IMG/VR virus record: IMGVR_UViG_2643221888_000001
Location: 1-64,000 of that record
Source of the DNA: a virus
Lineage: Duplodnaviria; Caudoviricetes
Direction: 5' to 3' (one strand)
DNA length: 64,000 nucleotides
In this document: positions 57,881-64,000 of the stretch, in pieces
Layout of the letters: each line of letters begins with the position of its first letter
Numbering within the stretch: the first letter of the stretch is position 1
Notes under the pieces: generated by a model
The model's database searches: none
The model's input: the letters and a program-made list of their open reading frames with translations, nothing else
What the model was told of the DNA's origin: nothing
Made by a program: the position numbers and the translations under genes

Positions 57881-58188
57881 TGGGGTCAGGTCTGCAAACA
57901 TTCGATTCCGTGACCGGTGATCTGGTGATGGATGTATCGACCTTAGTGGGCCGCCAGATCGCCATTATCGATGCCAGCGCGATGACCGGCTCGGCTGTGG
58001 TTGCGGGGCTGGATCAGGGCATCCCATTTGCGATTCCGGTGATGGATACCCGGACCGGGATCTCGGGGTATGCAGCAATTACGCTGCCGGTTGTCACGTT
58101 CTCTGGCAACACGGTTTCGTGGCAACGACAGGGCTACAACTTCGTCTCTGAAGTGCCACCTTGTCAGCTTGTGCTAGGAGTCTACTAA
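57880..58188 (+). CDS. Small tail tip protein
   Basis: GLQTFD..GDLVMD N-terminus; ends LGVY. Confidence 0.72.
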   Translation: MGSGLQTFDSVTGDLVMDVSTLVGRQIAIIDASAMTGSAVVAGLDQGIPFAIPVMDTRTGISGYAAITLPVVTFSGNTVSWQRQGYNFVSEVPPCQLVLGVY

Positions 58189-58880
58189 TGCCGGGCTTCC
58201 AGTGCTTCAACTCCGCCGGCAACTTTCAGATAGACGGCGTTTTCAAAAATTACGTGCTCGATCGCGTGATTGAAGTAGTCGTGGTATCGGAGGCGCTACA
58301 GGGATTCCCAACATCCGTACGTGTCGGGCGCACACCGATCAACCCCGGCGAGATCGTGGCAATCCGGTCCGCTTATCCATCTGCGGTCGCGTCGGTTTCG
58401 GACGGCAAGCTGGAGGTGCATCAGGGCCGCGAGAACGTGCCCAACAACGCCATCGTGACCTGCTATTTTTTCGCGCCGATCAGCACTTCGAACGCGACGT
58501 CAGGCCTACAGGTGTTTCACGAGGTATCGGGTGATCTGCTTTTCTGCGCCTCTAAGAAACCAATCCGAGTTGTCCGTGTCGTGGATGGACATGGTGATTT
58601 CAGCCTTGACGTGACCCGCACCTACGCCACTGTGCTGATCAATCAATACTACCGTTTGATCACTGGCGGATTCACGCAGAACAACCAGGGGACCAAAACG
58701 ATTCAGGCGGAGCGCAGCATGGTCATCCCGCTAAGCACCGGCCTTCGCATTGAGACGACGGTCGAAATATTCGGTGCCGCCTTCAACGGCGCCCCCGGCG
58801 AACGTCAGCCCGAGCAAGCCTCTTCAACGAGTGTCGGCGTTGCGAAGCACCTCATCATCGACGTCACTGGATACGCATGA
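58188..58880 (+). CDS. Putative receptor-binding tail protein
   Basis: GFQCFNSAGNFQID and GLQVF repeats; ends IIDVTGY. Confidence 0.7.
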   Translation: MPGFQCFNSAGNFQIDGVFKNYVLDRVIEVVVVSEALQGFPTSVRVGRTPINPGEIVAIRSAYPSAVASVSDGKLEVHQGRENVPNNAIVTCYFFAPISTSNATSGLQVFHEVSGDLLFCASKKPIRVVRVVDGHGDFSLDVTRTYATVLINQYYRLITGGFTQNNQGTKTIQAERSMVIPLSTGLRIETTVEIFGAAFNGAPGERQPEQASSTSVGVAKHLIIDVTGYA

Positions 58881-59731
58881 ACAATCTACGAATTTTGCAC
58901 GACAACGCTATTGACCGCGCGGTGCTGACGGCCTCAGGCCAGGCCGGATCGCTCGGCCCGGCCAATATGCAGAGCGACGAGCGCTCCGCCGTGTTCAGGG
59001 CACCTGGTACGTATGCAGGCATCGACGCCGTGTGGCCCACCCAGCAATCCATCGCATGTGTAGCGCTGATTTTCACGAACATGACAAGCAGCGCCCGCAT
59101 GCGCGTGCGCGGTTACGCACAGCCGGGCGACACGGTACCGGTGCTCGACACCGGGGATTTTTTCCCGTGCCCGGCGGCGCCGCATGGTTCATTCCCGTGG
59201 GGTACGATGCCGCTTGGATGGAATGCCTATCACGCAGGCGGCGTAAATACATGGGCGCGCGGTGGTGGTGCGCATGGGATTACCTGGTTCTCGCCAGTGC
59301 GGGTGCGACGCCTGTTTGTTCAAGTTGCAGTAACTCAAAGCTCTGGTGGATATCTGGAGATATCGCGTCTGGTGGCCGGCAATTACTGGTCGCCTCAACA
59401 CAACCCCGACTACGGGGCTGGCGTGACTCCTGTAGACACTAGCGAAGCCTACCGAACGGCCGCTGGCCAGGCGAAAAGCAACGTGGGTACGAAGCATAAG
59501 ATTCTCGATCTCAACCTGGGCTTTATGACGGAAGCTGATCGTGCATACATCTCCCGCATTGTGGACGAGCGCGGGACAGTCAAGCCTGTGCTGGCCAGCC
59601 TCTACCCTGAAAACACCAACAAGCTGAAAGAGCAGGCGCACATGCTGTACGGGCGATTCGTGAACCTCAGCGCGATCACCGCGCCGAGCTTCAGCCTCTA
59701 TTCCACTCCACTACAAATAGAAAGTATCTGA
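58877..59731 (+). CDS. Tail protein (distal-tail-like)
   Basis: 284 aa; YLEISRLVAGNYWSP..NPDYG. Confidence 0.7.
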   Translation: MNNLRILHDNAIDRAVLTASGQAGSLGPANMQSDERSAVFRAPGTYAGIDAVWPTQQSIACVALIFTNMTSSARMRVRGYAQPGDTVPVLDTGDFFPCPAAPHGSFPWGTMPLGWNAYHAGGVNTWARGGGAHGITWFSPVRVRRLFVQVAVTQSSGGYLEISRLVAGNYWSPQHNPDYGAGVTPVDTSEAYRTAAGQAKSNVGTKHKILDLNLGFMTEADRAYISRIVDERGTVKPVLASLYPENTNKLKEQAHMLYGRFVNLSAITAPSFSLYSTPLQIESI

Positions 59732-59733
59732 CC

Positions 59734-60879
59734 ATGGCCGACAAATTTTTCGATGGGATGGAAAACGTCAACGAAGAGCTCAATGCAATGAACCGCGCGT
59801 TCGAGGCCGGTCCATACAACGCGCTGCCGCTGACTGGCGGCAGCCTGACCGGGGAGGTAGCCAGCAACGCCGTGATTTACGTTGGCAGACTGGGCCAGCC
59901 TTTCACATCAAGCGCGTTCTTTAGCCCCTATGGAGGCGCCGATCCTATTACACGGCAACGCAGGTTGGTCGCGAGTCTGGCTGTCCGGGGTATTCCAGGG
60001 ATTGCATATGACGGGCAGTGGCAGGTGCTCACGTCCTCCGGCCCAGAAATTTCCCGCCAGGGCTACACGCTTTCGTTTGTTGCTACCGATGAGGTCACCG
60101 GGTTTTCCGGTAACACGCCGCTTACCCTGCAGGGTAATGGTGACGCTTCTGTAGATGGCGCTTTTTCTGCGGGTGGCTTGCTGCGCGCCGGGGTACCCAA
60201 CACCGAGGCGCAAGGCTTGTTGAAGATGGCCGTGGCCAACAGCGCGAATTTTTATGTGAGTGCTGGCCCCTCGGGATCGAGCCTTGGCTGTGCTTTAAAT
60301 ATCACGTCGAACACAGTCACCGGTCGTGGCGCGGTTTCCTCCGGCACGTTCAACGCGGTCGGCGCCGACTACGCCGAGTATATGGTCAAGCGAGCCGACT
60401 GCGGCGCGTTTGCAGCCGGCGCCATCGTTGGCATCGACGCGAGCGGCCACCTTACGGATAAATGGAAACTGGCTGTTGCGTTCGCCGTCAAATCCAGCAA
60501 CCCGTGCATGGTCGGCGGCGACAACTGGGCCGCGCACCTCGGTACCCGTCCAGAAGATCCGGCGCGCCAGGACGGTGAGGCGGACGCGGAGTGGTCAAAC
60601 ACACAGGCCGCCGCATTCGTCTCGCAGCAGGCGTTCGACGCCGCGCTCGAGCAGGCTCGCCAGACGGTGGACCGCATAGCATTCGCCGGCCAAGTGCCCG
60701 TGAACCTGCAGGGCACGACGCCCGGTCAGTACATCGTGCCCATGCAGGTTGGCACCGAGATCGCCGGCCAGGCCGTCGACGAGGCTGATATGACCCTGCA
60801 CCAATACTTGCGCGCCATCGGCCGCGTGATCGCTGTCGAGAGCGATGGCCGCGCGCGGATCATCGTCAAGGTCGCGTAG
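59734..60879 (+). CDS. Tail spike/fibre with intramolecular chaperone (peptidase G2-like)
   Basis: GADYAEY..KSSNP..VGGD..IAFAGQVPV. Confidence 0.8.
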   Translation: MADKFFDGMENVNEELNAMNRAFEAGPYNALPLTGGSLTGEVASNAVIYVGRLGQPFTSSAFFSPYGGADPITRQRRLVASLAVRGIPGIAYDGQWQVLTSSGPEISRQGYTLSFVATDEVTGFSGNTPLTLQGNGDASVDGAFSAGGLLRAGVPNTEAQGLLKMAVANSANFYVSAGPSGSSLGCALNITSNTVTGRGAVSSGTFNAVGADYAEYMVKRADCGAFAAGAIVGIDASGHLTDKWKLAVAFAVKSSNPCMVGGDNWAAHLGTRPEDPARQDGEADAEWSNTQAAAFVSQQAFDAALEQARQTVDRIAFAGQVPVNLQGTTPGQYIVPMQVGTEIAGQAVDEADMTLHQYLRAIGRVIAVESDGRARIIVKVA

Positions 60880-60939
60880 GTTCACCGATTCAATCACAAC
60901 CCGCGCTGGCGGGAATAAAAGCCCATAGAAAGGCAACAA

Positions 60940-61269
60940 ATGCCACTTCAAACACCCAATCCCGAGGACAGCATCGCCGGCATTAAATATGGCGTGCTGA
61001 TTTTCTCGTTCCTCGGCGCCGCCGTGTCGCTCAGCTACGCAAAGGAGTTGACGCGGCCGCAGGCCGTTACTGCGGTGCTCACCGGTACCGCAGTTGCGGT
61101 CATGGCCACGCCGGTGGCGCTGCATTACCTCGACCTGCCAGCCAGTCTGGAGCGGGCCGTGGCTTTCTTTGCCGGCCTGGCCGCGATGCGTGCTGTGCCG
61201 GTTTTCTTTACCCTCATCGACCGGTTGCGCGACATCAAGCTGCCCTGGTTGAGTGACCCGAAGGAGTGA
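60940..61269 (+). CDS. Holin
   Basis: Three TM segments; first gene of the lysis cassette. Confidence 0.78.
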   Translation: MPLQTPNPEDSIAGIKYGVLIFSFLGAAVSLSYAKELTRPQAVTAVLTGTAVAVMATPVALHYLDLPASLERAVAFFAGLAAMRAVPVFFTLIDRLRDIKLPWLSDPKE

Positions 61270-61514
61270 TTATGTCCGTGACCCCCATCATCCAGGCAAT
61301 CGCATGCTTATACGTGTTCTACATGAGCACGATTTCTCTCAATAAGATGACCAGGAAAACGCCGAACAGCATTCGGTTCGCGCATGTCGCGCTGCTGGCC
61401 GGCAGCGCCGCCGGGTTCGCCTCCTGTATCGCGGCACGCGACATGTTCGAATGCCTGTTTGCAGTAGGGATCGCGCTGTATGTAGCGGGCAGCCGCCGGG
61501 AGAATGAAGCATGA
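61266..61514 (+). CDS. Second lysis membrane protein (holin or antiholin)
   Basis: 82 aa, 2-3 TM segments, between holin and endolysin. Confidence 0.65.
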   Translation: MIMSVTPIIQAIACLYVFYMSTISLNKMTRKTPNSIRFAHVALLAGSAAGFASCIAARDMFECLFAVGIALYVAGSRRENEA

Positions 61515-62026
61515 CGCTCGACCAGCTCAGCAAAATTATGCCCTATGCGCGCGCACGCGCAGCAATCTTCCTCGGCCCGCTGAATGCTGCGATGGCCGAA
61601 TTCGGCATCAACACCCCCGCCCGGCAAGCATCGTTCCTGTCGCAGATCGCTCACGAGTCTGGGCAGCTGCAGTACGTCCGCGAGCTGGCCAGCGGCGACG
61701 CGTACGAGGGCCGTCGCGACCTCGGGAACACGATGGTCGGTGACGGCCGCCGATTCCGTGGGCGCGGCCTCATCCAAATCACGGGGCGCACCAACTACGT
61801 CGCCTGTGGCGCTGCGCTTGGCCTGGATCTGCTCGGCGCGCCGGAGTTGCTCGAGCAGCCGGTCAATGCATGCCGATCGGCCGCGTGGTTCTGGAAGACG
61901 CGCGGCCTCAACGAGCTGGCCGATATTGGTGATCAAGTGCGCGTGACACGCCGCGTCAATGGCGGCACCAACGGGCTGACCGAGCGCCTCGCCCTGTTCG
62001 CCGTGGCGCAGCAGGTGCTGACGTGA
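61511..62026 (+). CDS. GH19 endolysin
   Basis: FLSQIAHESG, FRGRGLIQITGRTNY, SAAWFW, VNGGTNGL. Confidence 0.95.
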   Translation: MTLDQLSKIMPYARARAAIFLGPLNAAMAEFGINTPARQASFLSQIAHESGQLQYVRELASGDAYEGRRDLGNTMVGDGRRFRGRGLIQITGRTNYVACGAALGLDLLGAPELLEQPVNACRSAAWFWKTRGLNELADIGDQVRVTRRVNGGTNGLTERLALFAVAQQVLT

Positions 62027-62418
62027 GTGCCCTGGACCTTGCCGGTGGCGCTGTCGTCGCCAGCATCTGGCGCCTGGCGGCCGTGCTGCTGGCCGGCCTG
62101 CTGCTGGTCGTCGGTACCGGCGCCGGCACGGGCTGGTGGCTGGCGGCCGCCGCGCGCGACAGGATGGAGGCCGATCTGAAAGCGGAGCTGGGCGCCAACG
62201 CCGCGCTCCGCGCCTCGATCAGCGTCCAGAACCAGGCCGTGGAGGCGATGCGGCGCTCTGCCTCCCAAGCGCAGGCACGCGGCGCGGCCGCCCGGGCCGC
62301 CGCTGCCGCTGCTGGCCGCCGGCTCGATGCAGCACAGGCCCAGCTGGCCAAAGCGCGCGCCACCACCTGTGACGAAGCCATGCCGTACGTGAACCAGCTG
62401 CTTAAGGACGTCAAATGA
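62023..62418 (+). CDS. Rz: Inner-membrane spanin
   Basis: TM followed by Ala-rich coiled coil, after the endolysin. Confidence 0.78.
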   Translation: MSALDLAGGAVVASIWRLAAVLLAGLLLVVGTGAGTGWWLAAAARDRMEADLKAELGANAALRASISVQNQAVEAMRRSASQAQARGAAARAAAAAAGRRLDAAQAQLAKARATTCDEAMPYVNQLLKDVK

Positions 62419-62702
62419 AACTGCACCTGCACCACCTGCAGCTTTTCGCTGCGCCTGCGGTTTTTCTCAGCGCCTGCGTGTTGCTGGCCGGCTGCGGCAC
62501 AGCGCCGCCATCAACGCAGATCGTCGAGGTGCCGGTGCATGTGCCGTGCGTGACGGACGTGCCAGCTACGCCGCTGTACGAGTTCGACAAGCTGCCGCTG
62601 GACGCGCCGGCGGGTGCTAAAGTTCTGGCGCTGGCGCGAGACTGGACTGTCGGGCGGAAGCATGAGGGCATGCTCGAGGCGGCGCTGGCCGGATGCCTCT
62701 GA
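62415..62702 (+). CDS. Rz1: Outer-membrane spanin lipoprotein
   Basis: LLAGC lipobox; Pro-rich. Confidence 0.8.
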   Translation: MKLHLHHLQLFAAPAVFLSACVLLAGCGTAPPSTQIVEVPVHVPCVTDVPATPLYEFDKLPLDAPAGAKVLALARDWTVGRKHEGMLEAALAGCL

Positions 62703-62706
62703 GCTG

Positions 62707-63198
62707 TCAGCCCTCGGTTTTTGCGGTGGCCTTGAGGCGGCGCTCTTCAGCCTTTCGCTTGCGATAATCGATCTGATATTGGCGCCTGTGGTCCGCATTG
62801 CGCCCGTCAGCCCGCTTCGCGCCTGGCGGCAGCCTACTGTGATCGCCTGGGCGGATTTTTGTAACAAGGGCGGAATGCTCAGCCTTCGCGACACCTACCT
62901 TCTCCCTAATCGAGACCTTGGACTTGGCGGTAGCGTTGGGCAAGTGATCATAGGTCAAAACTCCGTCCCTTTGCATCGCAAGAAGCCGCTGCCTACCCGC
63001 CTCGCGGTAAGCAGCGCCCGCCAAAGGCGTCATGGCAGGGATGCCCCATTGTTCGCGATATTCGTCCGCGTCGATTCCGTGCATGCGTTTGAGGTGCGCC
63101 CCGAGAAATTCAAAGCGCCTGCCGCATTCAAGACACTCGATGGTGTCGCCTGCGATGTAGGCATCGACCTCGGACCTGCTTTCGAATTTCCTCCTCAT
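62707..63198 (-). CDS. Ros/MucR-like zinc-finger protein
   Basis: IECLECGRRF..LGAHLKRMHG..EYREQWGIP..PL. Confidence 0.85.
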   Translation of the reverse strand: MRRKFESRSEVDAYIAGDTIECLECGRRFEFLGAHLKRMHGIDADEYREQWGIPAMTPLAGAAYREAGRQRLLAMQRDGVLTYDHLPNATAKSKVSIREKVGVAKAEHSALVTKIRPGDHSRLPPGAKRADGRNADHRRQYQIDYRKRKAEERRLKATAKTEG

Positions 63199-63199
63199 G

Positions 63200-63640
63200 C
63201 TATACCTCGCTGGGTGGCGCTATAGCCAGCGCTGCCCGCCGGATCCCTTCGGACAACTCGCCGCCGCCTAACTCCGTCAGCACGCGCACTGTCCGCTCGT
63301 CCAGGGAAACATTCTTACGCACCACAGGGCCGCCGTCGCTGGTCTGTATTTTCCGGCCGGCACCACTGCGCGCGCCGCCCCGACTGGCAACCGGCTCTGG
63401 CCATTCGATTTCATCCAGCCGCCCCCGCCAGTTGTCACTCTCTCCCTCGGGCCGATCGAACCGGTGGAACGCAAGCCGCTGCGCTTTGTGGCTCAGCACC
63501 GCCGCCACGCGCTGGCCATCAAGGTCTGCGCGCGCCACTAGGGCGGCAAACGCGGCGGCAGCGGCCACCTGGTTGCTGGTAGTGGTTTTTGAATCGCCAT
63601 CGACTTGCTGGTCGTGTGTGCGTAGGTATATTTTGTACAT
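63200..63640 (-). CDS. Hypothetical DNA-binding protein (AT-hook-like + RHH-like)
   Basis: RGGARSGAGRK; RKNVSLDE..LSEGIRRAA. Confidence 0.75.
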   Translation of the reverse strand: MYKIYLRTHDQQVDGDSKTTTSNQVAAAAAFAALVARADLDGQRVAAVLSHKAQRLAFHRFDRPEGESDNWRGRLDEIEWPEPVASRGGARSGAGRKIQTSDGGPVVRKNVSLDERTVRVLTELGGGELSEGIRRAALAIAPPSEV

Positions 63641-63697
63641 GGTCCGTCCATGAAAAATAGCCCGGCGAACCGAGCTGCATGCGATTGCGATGGTGAA

Positions 63698-63907
63698 TTA
63701 TTTTTCGATGATAAGGCCGATTCGCTCAGCATCCTCAATGGTCAACTCGATACCCTCAGGATGCTCCCAGTCCACCGACAGGCTGCTGCCGACAGGCCAT
63801 GCATCGATATCTTTCATGCGGGTGATTGCCGAGCCGTCTTCGATGTGCAGAACATTGACGTTACCTGCTGCGTTGATACGGCCGAACATGTTGGTGACTG
63901 CGCTCAT
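63698..63907 (-). CDS. Small hypothetical protein
   Basis: AAAGGA SD before MSAVTNMFG. Confidence 0.7.
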   Translation of the reverse strand: MSAVTNMFGRINAAGNVNVLHIEDGSAITRMKDIDAWPVGSSLSVDWEHPEGIELTIEDAERIGLIIEK

Positions 63908-64000
63908 GATTTTTCCTTTGATCTGCCAGAAACCGCTGGTTCGGTGGTCTGCGTTGCTGCATCCCATGTATTGAAGCATACACACGAATCAAATGCGGTG

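Larger units (their letters stand above)
1..64000. mobile_element. Temperate siphovirus-type prophage; both ends probably lie just outside the window
   Basis: Integrase, immunity, replication, packaging, head, tail and lysis modules in lambdoid order; no host housekeeping genes recognised. Confidence 0.97.

Noticed and set aside
55332-60879. Diversity-generating retroelement or tail-fibre shufflon
   Set aside because: No reverse transcriptase, no template/variable repeat pair and no repeated crossover sites seen; the serine recombinase is about 25 kb away
1-64000. Many long overlapping antisense ORFs (e.g. 8578..10143 +, 23764..25356 -, 41481..43349 -, 53888..55384 -)
   Set aside because: Shadow ORFs of high-GC coding sequence with no recognisable motifs
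1-64000. attL/attR repeats and CRISPR arrays
   Set aside because: None seen; the window starts at the int stop codon, so attL would lie outside it

Overview
The whole window is one apparently intact temperate, long-tailed (siphovirus-type) prophage with lambdoid organisation. Left to right: tyrosine integrase and xis; a leftward early operon (RdgC-FtsK-gamma fusion, NinB, KTSC protein, YqaJ exonuclease, RecT, many small ORFs, two tRNA-shaped RNAs); a cI/cro switch with six readable operators; a rightward operon (KilA-N, C5 methyltransferase, NinG, SNF2-methyltransferase fusion, DUF1376 initiator with origin, DnaC-like loader, Q-like gene); a serine recombinase inserted between Q and the late promoter; a structured late leader; terminase, portal, MuF, scaffold and P22-like capsid; an SGNH-containing head cassette; tail genes with a -1 frameshift; a lysis cassette; and a MucR/AT-hook accessory block. 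No att sites were found inside the window. The high GC and gene content suggest a betaproteobacterial, possibly Oxalobacteraceae, host (inference only). The best candidates for undescribed biology are: (1) a major capsid protein with a canonical Sec-type signal leader, in a head module with no prohead protease but a small membrane M48 peptidase; (2) repeated GGAN-tetraloop hairpins in front of both scaffold and capsid genes; (3) an interlocked pair of tRNA-like RNAs with non-canonical anticodon arms; (4) a MuF protein with a C-terminal JAB/JAMM-like domain followed by a small candidate immunity gene. All family calls come from motif recognition by eye; no database searches were run.
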